The position numbers and the translations under genes are program-made. From assembly GCA_000091205.1 (NCBI GenBank), contig AP006494.2: 64,000 nucleotides of DNA; one strand, given 5' to 3'. Numbering within the stretch: the first letter of the stretch is position 1; each line of letters opens with the position of its first letter. The notes beneath the pieces are model-generated. The model ran no database searches. It was not told the origin of the DNA and saw only the letters and a list, made by a program, of their open reading frames with translations. Origin of the DNA: Cyanidioschyzon merolae (Eukaryota). Shown here piece after piece: positions 22,210-33,802 of this stretch.

Positions 22210-23571
22210 TTGCCAGCTATGCTTCGGGTATTTAGACTGAGACTTTTCGGGTGGGGGCATTTTCAGCGGAGACTGGACCGAAGCGTGCCGCGTTACTCTG
22301 TGGAAGTCTACGGGCAAACTCGCTCGCTTGCGACGCCTGCCGGAGTCGCGGGGGCTCAAACCGCGGCGCACTTGTCTGTGCTCCAGGCGACAGTCGCGCG
22401 GTTTGCCCGAGAGCAAATCGCACCGGCGATTTTCTCTCGAGAGCAGCAGGGGTGCATTGAACCTAGTCTTTGGCGAGCTCTTTTTGAGCAAGGGCTCATG
22501 GGCATGGAAATTCCGTCCGACTTTGGCGGTAGTGGACTCAGCTTTGTCGAAACCTGCGCCTCCATCGAGCAGCTATCGAAGGTCGATCCCGCTGTTGCGC
22601 TCGTTGTCGATATCCAGAACACGTTGCTGAATCGTGCCGTGCTGCACTTTGGCACCCGCGAACAGCAGGCACTGTGGTTGCCGCGTCTCGCACGAGATAC
22701 AGTGGGTTCGTTCGCACTGAGTGAACCAGAAGCAGGCTCCGACGCGTTTTCTTTGCGCACACATGCCGACCTAGAGCAAGCTACATCAACAACATCCAGA
22801 CGGTACGTTATCAGCGGCTCAAAATTGTGGATCAGCAGCGCAGCAGAAGCACAATGGATGCTGGTTTTCGCCACAGTAGATCCAGCTCAGAAGCACCGAG
22901 GCATCACTGCGTTTGTGATCGACAACGTAGACGAAGCCAAGGCTCTGGGCCAGCTCCAGATCGGCCCCAAAGAAGACAAACTCGGTATCCGCGCGACCTC
23001 CTGTTGTCCGGTGCACTTTCACCGGTGCGTCATCGATGCCGATCGCCAAGTCCTCGGTGGACTAGGCCAAGGCTATCGGGTCGCAATGCGAGCGCTCAAC
23101 GAAGGACGCATCGGCATCGCGGCCCAGATGATCGGCCTCGCCCAAGGTGCTCTGGACGCTACGCTTCCGTATCTGGAGACACGTTGCCAGTTTGGCCGTC
23201 CGCTGATCGATAATCAGGGCCTGCAGTTCCAGATCGCACAGGCGGCAGCAGAGCTTGAAGCCGTTCGCGCCCTAACATTTCAGGCTGCTCGACTCGTTGA
23301 TGAGCACCAGGGTACATCGGCAGCTGCACATCTCGCTGAGATAGCTCGTCAGGCGGCATCGGCAAAACTCCTGGCTGCGCAGACTGCCTGCCGGTTGACG
23401 CGGCGTTGTATCGAGTGGATGGGCGGCATGGGTTTTATTCGGCAAACGCTTCCTGAAAAGTTCTATCGGGATGCAGTCATCGGCAAAATTTACGAAGGAA
23501 CGGAAAACATGCAATTAGCAACGATTTTCCGATTCCTTTCCGCAACGCACCACACCCGTCATGATTCATAG
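22210..23571 (+). CDS. Acyl-CoA dehydrogenase (short/branched-chain type), mitochondrial
   Basis: FAREQIAP...MGMEIPSDFGGSGLSFVETCASIEQLSKVDPAVALVVDIQNTL...ALSEPEAGSDAFSL...YEGTENMQLATIFRFL matches the ACAD family end to end. The N-terminal R-rich stretch is consistent with a mitochondrial presequence. Confidence 0.9.
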   Translation: MPAMLRVFRLRLFGWGHFQRRLDRSVPRYSVEVYGQTRSLATPAGVAGAQTAAHLSVLQATVARFAREQIAPAIFSREQQGCIEPSLWRALFEQGLMGMEIPSDFGGSGLSFVETCASIEQLSKVDPAVALVVDIQNTLLNRAVLHFGTREQQALWLPRLARDTVGSFALSEPEAGSDAFSLRTHADLEQATSTTSRRYVISGSKLWISSAAEAQWMLVFATVDPAQKHRGITAFVIDNVDEAKALGQLQIGPKEDKLGIRATSCCPVHFHRCVIDADRQVLGGLGQGYRVAMRALNEGRIGIAAQMIGLAQGALDATLPYLETRCQFGRPLIDNQGLQFQIAQAAAELEAVRALTFQAARLVDEHQGTSAAAHLAEIARQAASAKLLAAQTACRLTRRCIEWMGGMGFIRQTLPEKFYRDAVIGKIYEGTENMQLATIFRFLSATHHTRHDS

Positions 23572-24526
23572 CAATCGACGATGCAAGAGACCTCGAGCGT
23601 CTGCGACCAAAGTTGCATGGCCGCAGTTCTTCTACGATGAACGAACTTCTGCAGATCATGCCGGAGGCACACGAGGTTTGCATCGAGAAAATACGCATAC
23701 GAGGGAACCATTTCATCAAGAACTACGCGCACGACGGTCTAGTTATGCCGCTTGGGCCAATCGAAACATCGGTTGTGCGCTGGTCAAAGCGTCCGATGTT
23801 GACCAGTTCCTCTGGTCAATGCTAACGCAAACACAACGTCCTCGTCCGGCAGTCGCACAGCAACCGTGAGTAAACCTGTTTATAGCTTTTCTCTGCAAAA
23901 TAACCAAAGTCGACTTCTTTCGATGCTTCGCCAGAGTCGCGCAGCGAGTCGCCAGCCCGGTGTGCCTTTTCAGCGAGAGCCGCCAACAGCGTCTGCGTGG
24001 GTACCTCGACGAGCACCTAAGCGCTCACTCGCCGTCTCGTGGCTCGGATTCCACATACTCCAAATCAAAACGATTGGACTATGAACAACGGGAACCTCGC
24101 CACTGGGAGCGATATCCGCTTCCGTTGAGGCAACCGGCACTGCAACGCCTTCGTGCAACGCGCGCTCTTTCGAACGCGCGCTTCTGTAGCCACCGTTTCC
24201 AGGCAAGCGTTTCTCCAACGTTTTCGCTAGGGTGGTATTTTACGTTGCGTTTTCCGCTCCGCTGGTGACGTCACTTGCAAGTGCGCGCATCCACGACCAG
24301 CAGTGGTCACTCACGGGGTAGTGCAAAGTCGCAGACGCTCCTGGGCAGGCAAGGTGTCGTTTCGCGTCACGAGCACCCTGCCGTTGGACGTGCAGCGCGG
24401 AAACGGAACCTTCAGGGTCTGGCGGCTTCGAGCGCGACACAGGCACACCGCTAGTGTTGCTTGTGCGCCTGACTCGAGTCCGAGCGGTGGATGCACCAGG
24501 AGACTCTTCCGAGCTGGCCAACTTGA

Positions 24527-27500
24527 ATGAGCGCGTTCGCGAGTGAGCCCAGGTGCACGTCACCGTCGCAGACACTTCCAGAAGTTGCGCTCTACGCTGA
24601 TGGGCAAGGCTCAGCTCCGCTCTCGGAACAGGAACTCGTCCACGGAGCAGAAGACTGGGCGCATATTGCTGCTTTTTATAGGCTTTTAGAAGAGAGACGA
24701 CGTCGCAACAAGTACCTTTTGCAGCGCTCTGTACACGCGGGTCTGCACCGCTGGGCACGACACCTGGTGGCTCCTCAAGAGCGGTCCCGAAAACGGACGC
24801 AAAAACGACGGGATGAACCTGGTCATCCAGGTCGCCTGCTAGAGCGGATTCTGCGCGGAAAATTACTATGCTCCTTGGGATTGTGGAGACCGGATTCTAC
24901 TCGAGACCGACAACTCACCGGAGCAGATCGTACCTGTTGGCCGAACCTCACCGAGGATGCGTTCATTGAGCGTCTGAAACTGGCTTTTCGAAGTGAGTCT
25001 GAGGAGCTCGTACTCCACCTAGGGCCAGTATTCGTTGATCCCAGTGCGAACAAGTTCTCAGCGCTGACAACGAACGGCATCGCAGCGCGTATGCCCAGAA
25101 GCGCCCTGATGCGAGTTACCGTGGGTATGGGCATGATCGCACTCAATCAGGAAACTATGCTCGATTTTGAAACTTCGGTTCCTCCAGCGGACTTGAAATC
25201 ACACAAGGGTATCACAACCGAGATGGCTCGGATGCGAACGATCGTGCAGCGATCGTTTCGTGTGCCCGTGGAGCCCAGAGCTCCGCTGCATCCGGAACAC
25301 TGGCCCGCTGCAATTAGCATACCGGAGTGCTCGTTTGTAACACTCTGTTTCGACTTACGGAGCGAGCTTCTAGGCCTTTTGGGAGCGATAACTCCCACGG
25401 AATATCCGATTTTAGAAATACGGGCGGAATTGCCGCTTCTAATTCCGGAGCGAGATGCTTATTCAACGAATGGGTTACCCGACGGGTTGGCAGCTACGTC
25501 GTCGGATGTGCCCTGTGGGCAGGTGTGGCGAAAAGCACTAAAACTGTGTGATCCTGCAACAGGGCATTGGATGCCGAACCAAATATACTTGCTGGAGCTC
25601 CAGGCCGATGCCTCTGGTGCAGTATGGGTTCCAGGGCACGCGCCTCAACTCGCGTTGGGAATCGAGTGGCGGCCCCATCGAGAACAGCATCCCGGGTATG
25701 GAGCGGCGTGGAGCACGGGCACGAACCAGCGCCTTAAGATACCAAAACGCGCCGAGATGCTGCAAGCACCCGCCGTTCGCGAGCTCCCCATGCGTCCCTG
25801 GGAATCCGACAAGGTCCAGGCGAAGTACAATGGATGGCAGTCGAACTCCGCTGACACGAACGGGCTCGTGGAGCCAGCAAAGGCGGCTCCTCTGCTGCGC
25901 TACCGTATTTGGCGCTCGCCACCCGCGCACTGTACAGGAGTCTCGATGCGGAACGGCTACAAAGGCGCACGATCCCATCAGGCATTGATCACAGTTGACC
26001 GCTCCACCCTGACGTGCATTTGGTGCGGGATTCGAGTCCGGCACCTGCTGGCACTTATGCTACACACCTGGAAGCGTCACATGACTTGGCGATATACTGG
26101 CCATCGTTTGAAGATCTGGTACCCCCGCTCTCAGCAGAGAATGACGAGGCATCAGAATCCCGTCACCCAGGGATCAATCTAACGCTATTCACGGGTGGCT
26201 CAGAATCGAGCGATACCCAGTATCCCGCATCCATCATCCATGTGGCTCCAGCGCCTGCTCCAGATCGCCAAACGCAGCACGCAATGCGCTGCCTCGCAGA
26301 CGCCGTGCAAACAATGGCGCGCAGGTGCCCGCGACGCGCGCCCACGCACGTATGGATGCGTGCGATGCGCGTGCACTGCGCATCAGACGCGCTGCGAGTC
26401 GAGGACAGCAGCGCTGCCGTCGCCGTACGGCATCCAGGGGTAGATCGCGCACACCGCAAGGTGCGCGGTGGTCGCGTCTGCAAGCGCACGGATGCCGCGG
26501 ATGCACTGGCATGGACGCCGCCGGAGCGAGCACCCGCCGTAGGTTGTGCGTGCGCGGGAAAGCGGGGCGCGTGCACGCATCGCGATCCGCACCGGCACGC
26601 CGCTGCACGGACCAGCGATGATGCCCATGCCTCCGCCCGGCCAGCGCTGCAGAGCGATCTGCGCGAAGGTGCGCAGCAGTTGCCCGGCGACGGTGGACGG
26701 CGCTGCTACCTGCGCGCACTCTCTACGTTATGGGATCGGGATGATTCATCGGATGTGCGTCGCCAGTGCTGGCTGTTTCTCAGCGAACAACTCACTCGCG
26801 CGAGCGGAAACCTGCTGCGTAGAGACCAGCCGGTGCGGGCGGCTCGCGGACAGCGCAGCACGAGTGGTCGCTTGACGGCGTCGGAGGAGCACGTGGCGAG
26901 CTCGGGGGGATTCGATGCAGGCGGGACAAACTTGGACAAGCATCAAACGGACGTTCCTGCAGGCCCTGCAACGAGGAAACGGCGTGCGGCAAGAGCAGCA
27001 CCTGAAACGAAAGCGAATCCAGAGACGCTTCGGACGACGCGCATCCTGGCCTCCACGGATCGCTATGCTGGCAGTGTAAGCGTTCAACGTCAGCAACGCC
27101 CGCTCCTGGACACGTATGGAACGAAGCGCGAACGACCGATGAGGGGCTCTTCACGAGCATCCAGAGCTAGCGGACGTTCTGCGCATGATTTCGCTGGGGC
27201 GACAACCACCGCCGCTGGCACCGGCGCAAAGCTTATTTCCAGGTCGAGAATATCCGTTGTGGCTGCTTCGCCTGGCCAAGGCGCCGTATATGCGAACCTG
27301 CCGGACGTGCAGCCATGTGATCGATCGACGCGAGGCCGGCGTCAAGGCAACGCGACAGACAGGCGCCAGAAGAGAACGCGGTCGGCGCCAGCTCTGCGCC
27401 AAGCGCGAACGCTCCACTCCGGACGCCTGCGACAACGATGCGCCTGGAGAACGTCTACAAGCGAGACAGTACCGATGACCGCCGCTGCGAACGGTGCCAC

Positions 27501-28185
27501 AGCGCCTGCTTCCAGAGAAACGCCAAGAGAGCGGCCCGGAAAAGCTGCAGCAAGTAGCGATTCGCGTCTGTTTGATCGTACGTACTACCATTCGTTCACG
27601 TTTGCGCCAATGAGTCCGGATGAGGTGCTCGCCGCCTACGACTCTGAGCTGGAAGAAGTCGACGACGCGTGGCTTGTTCAGCTCTCGGATCACCGCATTG
27701 ACCAGTTTCTTGATGTGCTACCCGTCGAAAAGGTGTTGATGAAAGCCTGGAATGCATTTTTGAAAGAGGTATACCCAATCTTAGGTGACCGTTCCGTGCG
27801 GGACGCTGTCAGGCGTTTCGCACCGTGGTTTGTAGCGCGGCTGCGGGTGAACGCCTCCAGCTCGGCTTGTCATCCGTACGAGGCGCTTCGCACCGCGTTT
27901 CTCATGCATTTACGCGCTCTCTGGCAATTTCATTTACTCGGTTCTGAACAGGTTGCGGAAGCGATGATTGCGTTCGATCGTGCGTGGCTGAACGGTCAAG
28001 GGCCGGTCTTCGCAGCTGCGGCTGATTTGCAGCCGCGCCTTGGTGAAGGCTCCACCAATCACACCCATGCAGGCCTATCTCCAAACTCCCTGCCCAGGTC
28101 TGATCACGCAAACGGAATAGATGGTGATGCGGAGCTGGATCCAGAGAATCCTTTATGCGCTTGTGCGTCCGTGCAGGCTTGTTAG
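24527..28185 (+). CDS. SUZ12: Su(z)12/EMF2-like Polycomb Repressive Complex 2 subunit with C2H2 zinc finger and VEFS-box. The gene is interrupted: the frame shifts between about 26081 and 26182, separating ORFs 24527-26182 and 26014-28185. This could be a short intron, a frameshift or a pseudogene.
   Basis: ORF1 ends with the C2H2 pattern CIWCGIRVRHLLALMLHTWKRH (C-x2-C-x12-H-x4-H). The ORF2 C-terminus SELEEVDDAWLVQLSDHRIDQFLDVLPVEKVLMKAWNAFLKEV...RTAFLMHLRALWQFHLL aligns to the SUZ12 VEFS box ([44 protein letters not shown]...RNFMLHLVSMHDFNLI). The zinc-finger-then-VEFS order matches Su(z)12 architecture. The linker between them is R/A-rich and low-complexity. Confidence 0.65.
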
Positions 28186-29083
28186 CATCCGTTCGGAACC
28201 AGGGTCGATTTGTCCCAGGTTTCAGACCGGAATGCACGAGCGAGACAAGATGCGGATGATACTTAGTTGCGTCGCCAACGATGTTATTAGCGGAAATGAC
28301 CTTCAGGCACCATAGCCAGTGCGCCAGCTAACCCGTTGCCATTTCTTGTTCCACGCAGTGATGAACGAGCCCCTGAAAGCGCACAGAACCTCGGTCTCTG
28401 GCAAGGTATGATGAGCGCTGTGGTAACGCTGCTGCTCCATCGCGTGCGTCCTGTCGCTGCTGCCTGCTGCTTTTCTTAACGTTGTCGGGGAACAGGAATG
28501 GACGGCGGTACAGGGAACGGGTTGTGCAAAGCCCCGGAACGCTCGTGGCGTTTCGTACACGCCTCTCGTGCCGACTCGAGCGCTAGACTCGTAGCAGTAA
28601 ACAAGATAACGTAACATTTTGTGAACATGTTGGCAGATGTCACGCAGGTTGGGAGCAGTCACGTTTGTTATCTCTGCGCGTTTCGAGATAACGCGCCCGT
28701 GGACGACCCTGTGCTCAGCACGGGGCGTGCTACTTGACACCATCTATACTTGCATCCACAGGTCGAGAACGTCGCACGCAGTCACTGCGTCTACATCAGT
28801 CGGTTTCCAGTCAGCGTACCCGAATCCGGCCCATGTGCTCCGTTTCGGAAGCGTGGCATTCCCATAAACGCTGCACGGTGCGCTGCACTGGGCAGAACGC
28901 TGAACAAGCGTGCACGCAAAAAGACGATCACGATGACTTGTTCCTCGTCAGTGCAGTCTGCGTACCTGCATTCCCGTCAACAAACCGCCACAAACGGAAC
29001 AGGGTGCCTCAGGTGCAGAGGCTGGAGCGTCGCGGCAGTACGCATCCGTCTCCCCGACTAGTCGCATGCAGGTACTGGAGCGC

Positions 29084-29313
29084 ATCGCCCATGACGCATC
29101 CATTCCGAATGCTAGGATCTATGGTCAATCTACACGTTTCGTCCTCTGAAAAAGAATCGCCCATGACGCATCCATTCCGAATGCTAGGATCTATGGTCAA
29201 TCTACACGTTTCGTGCTCTGAAAAAGAATCGCCCATGACGCATACATTCCGAATGCTAGGATCTATGGTCTATCTACACGTCTCGTGCTCTGAAAAAGAA
29301 TCGCCCATGACGC
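29084..29313. repeat. 72-bp tandem repeat, 3.2 copies (unit atcgcccatgacgcatccattccgaatgctaggatctatggtcaatctacacgtttcgtcctctgaaaaaga), about 110 bp upstream of the SDR gene
   Basis: Unit starts are at 29084, 29156, 29228 and 29300, with 1 to 3 substitutions per copy. The overlapping ORF 28734-29387 translates the repeat as ESPMTHPFRMLGSMVNLHVSSSEK x3. Confidence 0.85.
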
Positions 29314-29420
29314 TGCGGCGAGCCAGCAGCGGTTTTTTACGAGGCATTTTTGCTGTTTGGGGTTTGCGCTGCTTAGAGACTTTTTGAAGTTTTCGGCTAC
29401 AGTGTCCGCAGCTGGTTTCC

Positions 29421-30200
29421 ATGGACTTTCGTAGTGACGCTCTACAGGGAAAAGTGGCAGTGATAACTGGTGCGAGCCGCGGCATCGGTGCCGCCATCGC
29501 CGAGTGCTTCCTCGAGGCCGGTGTCCAGGGTTTGGCGCTCATTAGTCGTACGCCAAGCGAGTTTGTGACTCAGTTGCGGAAACGAGCGGAATCTCGCGGC
29601 ACAAAAGTGGGTTTCTATTCACTGAACCTGGCCGACACGGAAGCCGTGGAGCGAACAGCGCGACAGATCGTACAGGACTGGGAACACGTTGACATTCTTG
29701 TGAACAACGCGGGGATAGCGCTCCTGAACCCCTTGACAGAGCTGAGCACCGTGGACTGGGATCTCACCATGACCGTGAATGTGCGTGCGCCTTTTCTGCT
29801 CTCGCGGATATTCGTTCGGGAGTCAATGATCCCGCGAGGCGCAGGAGGCAAGATCATCCATATCAGTTCGGTAGCGGCATTCGGCGGTGTACCAGAGCAC
29901 GCGGCCTATTGTGCATCCAAGGCAGCGCTCAACTCGCTGACAAAGACCATGGCCGTAGAATGGGGTCCATACGGAATTCAATGCAATGTCGTATGCCCGT
30001 CAATCATTATGACGGACATGGGACGCCAAGTTTGGGAAGATCCCGAGAAACACGGCCCGGTACTGGCGCGGGTACCGATCGGACGTTTTGCCAACCCGCC
30101 AGAAATTGCTCGGGTGGTGCTCTTTCTCGCCAGTCCTGAAAACTGTGTGGTGAACGGGCAGTGTATTGCTCCGGATGGTGGGTACACCGCTGGCCTCTGA
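29421..30200 (+). CDS. Short-chain dehydrogenase/reductase (SDR) family NAD(P)-dependent oxidoreductase
   Basis: It has the Rossmann motif KVAVITGASRGIGAAIA, the NNAG motif LVNNAGIA, and the catalytic YxxxK in YCASKAALNSLTKTMAVEW. Length of 259 aa is typical for a classical SDR. Confidence 0.9.
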   Translation: MDFRSDALQGKVAVITGASRGIGAAIAECFLEAGVQGLALISRTPSEFVTQLRKRAESRGTKVGFYSLNLADTEAVERTARQIVQDWEHVDILVNNAGIALLNPLTELSTVDWDLTMTVNVRAPFLLSRIFVRESMIPRGAGGKIIHISSVAAFGGVPEHAAYCASKAALNSLTKTMAVEWGPYGIQCNVVCPSIIMTDMGRQVWEDPEKHGPVLARVPIGRFANPPEIARVVLFLASPENCVVNGQCIAPDGGYTAGL

Positions 30201-32299
30201 GTCGTGGAAACTGCATACCAGCGGAGAGGCTGTGGCTTTCGCTCGGGCGCACTGCATGACACAGTTATTTGATTCCAAAACCGCGTCTCGATCTGGGCAG
30301 TACTCCGTGCTGTACGGGTCGTGACCGTTGGGAGTATGCCCCACGGATATTGCGTATTATCCGCAGCCGACGACCGTCTGCACCGCCATGACCCACACGG
30401 ACAGCGGTTTCCAAAACTCGCCTCCATACGCTGTACGGTACTGGATACGCTGATAGCGTTACCGGTGAGCGCGGGCGATGCGTCTGCTCACGGAGACAAG
30501 GAATGACTGCGGATAAGCGCGAGCGAACTCCGAGGCGCCACTGGGCACACCAGGGCGCAGGTCGCGGCTCCAGAGCCATGAATCTCGACAAGGCCGACAC
30601 CGAGTCGTCGCCGGCACCCAGGCTGCCCAGCGATGCCGTTCCCACTCATGGTGGTGCTCTTGTTCCGAACTTGAGTGGGATGGCGTTACGTGCGCAACGA
30701 TGCCCTCAGGGTGGCAGTATCGCTCATGGTGGAGCGTGTGCCCACACCAGTTGTGGAACAATGCAATGCAGAGACGCATGTTGGCCAAGGCGCTCAGCAT
30801 GCGCACCTGGATCATCCAGATTGGCATATCCACCCGAAAGCACTGAAAAAGCATTTTGGATCAAGTCGGCGCAGATCTGGTTCAAGAGGTTCCTTGGTGC
30901 CGCTACACACCAAGTGTTCTCCAGGAACGGGCACGGCTTCGGACACCTCCAAAGCGTAGTTCAGGAGAAAGCGTCGACTGGTCACCGAAGCAACCGTCGA
31001 GTGTCCACGTTAGCTCGTCACCATGTAGGGAATGCAACCTATCATTCACATTCGAATACTAGTGGGAGATTGTAAGGTCCCCGGCGTTCACGTGCGGCAC
31101 CCGCTGGCACGGTAAAGCGCTTGTTCGCGAACTGCGGTGAAAACCTGACCCTGGTTCGTATCAGAACACGAGCTGCTCACTGTGAATCACACTGCAGTCA
31201 TTGTGGCGACGCAGTTCCCGGAATCCCGATACACCTACTCTCTCAGCGTCCAAGTGGAGAACAGGTCTGTGGCTGCCTCTTTGCGGTAGAGCAGCTGCCT
31301 GAGGAACTGGAGTTGATGGGAGGCGATCGCTCGCATGGAGCACAGCGCTGGCGCCTGGTGACCCTGTATCTGTGCAACATCCCAGGCTCGTGGTCACCAG
31401 ACGCACATGCTAGCGTGTAGGCGAAAGGCCCAGCGAACCGAAGGAGCCGTCTAACACACCGAATCCTGTACCTGCCCGCTGGTGAATGCCGAGCAAATGC
31501 CCGTGTCGATGACCCGCGGCGCGTTCCACACACAAGTGTGAAGCAGAAACTCGTTACCCGGGATTCATTCTACCGGCCAGTTTTCTTCAACGCGTCGTGC
31601 TGCAGACACAGGCAGGCCTGCATACGCAGACTATCCGAGCCCAACGTGTAGACGAGACCACCCGACACGCTCTGGCGACGCGTGCAACACGCCTCGAAGC
31701 GACGACCGTCGCTCTATGGCAAAGTTGTTCTGCCTGCGTACTGCGTCTGCACCGTCGCTAGCGACGCTACTGCGGACGCGCTCAACAGACTCGACGCACG
31801 ATGGAGCATATGACATGATCAGCATGCTCCAGGGAATGTCCCAACAGTGGCTAATCGTCAATGCACGCAGGGCATGGAATGGTGGACGCTTCCCCGATTG
31901 CTGGGACCGATCGTGTAACCAAGGATCCCTGGTTTACGTCAACGTTGTATCAAACATAAAGTAACTGTTGCTGTGCGCAGACTTGCCGATCCGAACGAAC
32001 AGCCGCTTTTGTAGAGGCGCCTTGCGGCACGCGTTACCATATCGGGAGCAAACTGGAAAGTTCCGACGAAAACGCAACACTGAACTGCTCGCGCACTTGC
32101 TACAATGATCTATTTCTTCCAAAACTATTTAGATGTACAGCGTCAACATTTGAAGTGCAGCCGTAGGTGCTTTCGGATGCATAGGTGGTTGTGGGATGCT
32201 CGGCTGGCGTGCCTTATGTCGCCGGGATCAAGATGATTCGCGACGCCCCCTGAACAAGGATTCGACAAACAGCCCGTATGATGATCCAGTTCAGACGTA

Positions 32300-32480
32300 C
32301 AAGCTTGCACGCTGCCCTTTTCGGTACGTGAAGCACATTCGATTCACACATACTTCAAGTTTTCGATCATTGTGTTTCAACGTAAGTAGCGGGCGCAGCA
32401 AGTCGCGCCACAGGCCAACCGCGAACAACAACTCGACGTCGCACCTCGCCGACTCGTTCACAAGTTCATGCCCAAACTGC
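32300..32480. repeat. Degenerate third copy of the 681-bp dispersed repeat family, about 75% similar over the core (cccttttcgGtacgtGAagcaCattcgaTtc...ttcaagttttcgatcaTtGtg)
   Basis: ORF 32291-32494 (-), LLRPLLTLKHNDRKLEVCVNRMCFTYRKGQ, parallels ESLRPSIALKQNDRKLVQCGIRTCYVYEKG of the intact copies. DNA similarity is visible on manual alignment. Confidence 0.45.
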
Positions 32481-33516
32481 ACTGAAATCGTCATGTACAG
32501 TGATCGATTCCGTGTGGAAGAGAACTCCTCATCGCTGTGTGACTAGCAACGAAGCGAAATGCCACACCAGCGTGACACGTCTTCCGGGGTATGCTCCCCG
32601 ATGTCCTTGCCTCTTCTGTTCGAAGGGAGAGGTCACGGGCTCGGACTTGAGTCCTCACAACGATCGCTTCCAATGCGAGCGAACGCAGACGGATCAGAAT
32701 CTCTCGACTCGATCTCCAGCCTAGAGCTCTCGTACGGTACATGTTGCACCGAGCGTCAGCGTCGTGTTCCACACATCCCTTGTCGAGTGGAACAGCATGC
32801 GCTCGCACGTGCAGCGGACAGCGTACTCGCACATTGCATCCCCTGCGATGATGCCCCTTAGCATAGAGTAGCGGAAACGGAGGAAGGCATCGACGGGAGC
32901 ATTCTGGACTCGTCACGAGCATGTACCGAGCAATGAAACAAGCGCTCACGCACTACAGAACACCACTCAGAATACGAGTCGTAGAGTGTACATGGAGTCT
33001 TTCATCTTAAAGGTGTCTCAATTCCAGGTGCGCGTATTCGGTTACGCTTCTCGCGTTTAGTAGCACATCCATTCGGAGTGCGTTCATTTCCAAACATGCT
33101 CAGTCCAGGGGAAAACTGTGAACATGGAAGTAGGGGATCCTGGAGGCCCGTCACCGCCGGGTGCCGAGTCAACGGAAGCAATCCTCTTCTCGCCGACCTT
33201 TTAGCGAAGAAAAACACCGGAATAGACGGGAAGAGGTGTTTACCCGACCGAACGATGACGATAGTGCAGTCGTACTCAGGGCACGAGTTCGAGGCCAAGT
33301 TGAATTGCTGAGTTCAATCAGAGGCAATAAACACAAGGCGCTTGTCATCCGACACTTGAACGCTGCTCTCTATACCAGACGATATACGCTGATCAAGACG
33401 AGACCTACAGCGTTGAGGCGATCTACCGCAATAGGGCAGCCTCTAACGCTCCAACACCAGAAGCAGAAGCCAAAACCTTCACCCTAACACGTCGACATAC
33501 AAACCAGACAAGCGTT

Positions 33517-33595
33517 TATCTATCTATCTATCTATCTATCTATCGGTGTACACATTCGCACCCGCACTCGCACCCGCACTCGCACCCGCACACCC
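33517..33595. repeat. Compound simple repeat: (TATC)7 at 33517-33544, followed by (GCACCCGCACTC)x3 at 33557-33595
   Basis: Read directly from the sequence. Confidence 0.8.
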
Positions 33596-33802
33596 TCTAC
33601 CGTGATCATCGATCGACGTCGATCGGGCATCCGTTGCGTTCGCGTCCAGTGCCGAAGCCGATCACTCGATTCGTCGCCCGATCTGGAGGCAAAGCCACAT
33701 CGCGGTGTCGCGCGGTCGAGACACGCGCACACCTACCGCTACAACGCGAAACGTCCGCGATCCGTTATCGTGCAAACGCGCCGCTCCAGGGCGCCTCCAT
33801 CA

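Noticed and set aside
24527-26182. Treating 24527-26182 and 26014-28185 as two independent hypothetical genes
   Set aside because: The zinc finger at the end of the first ORF and the VEFS-box in the second together reproduce Su(z)12 domain order. The 169-bp overlap in different frames is better explained as one interrupted gene.
28734-29387. ORFs translating the tandem repeats (ESPMTHPFRMLGS x3 at 28734-29387; poly-Cys/poly-Ala at 41788-42176; CCCC.../LLLL... at 54623-55095; MHLCTYVCASMHVC-type at 62497-63144)
   Set aside because: Their periodic amino-acid sequence simply mirrors the DNA repeat unit. Both strands give equally long ORFs, and none has a credible start context or any homology.
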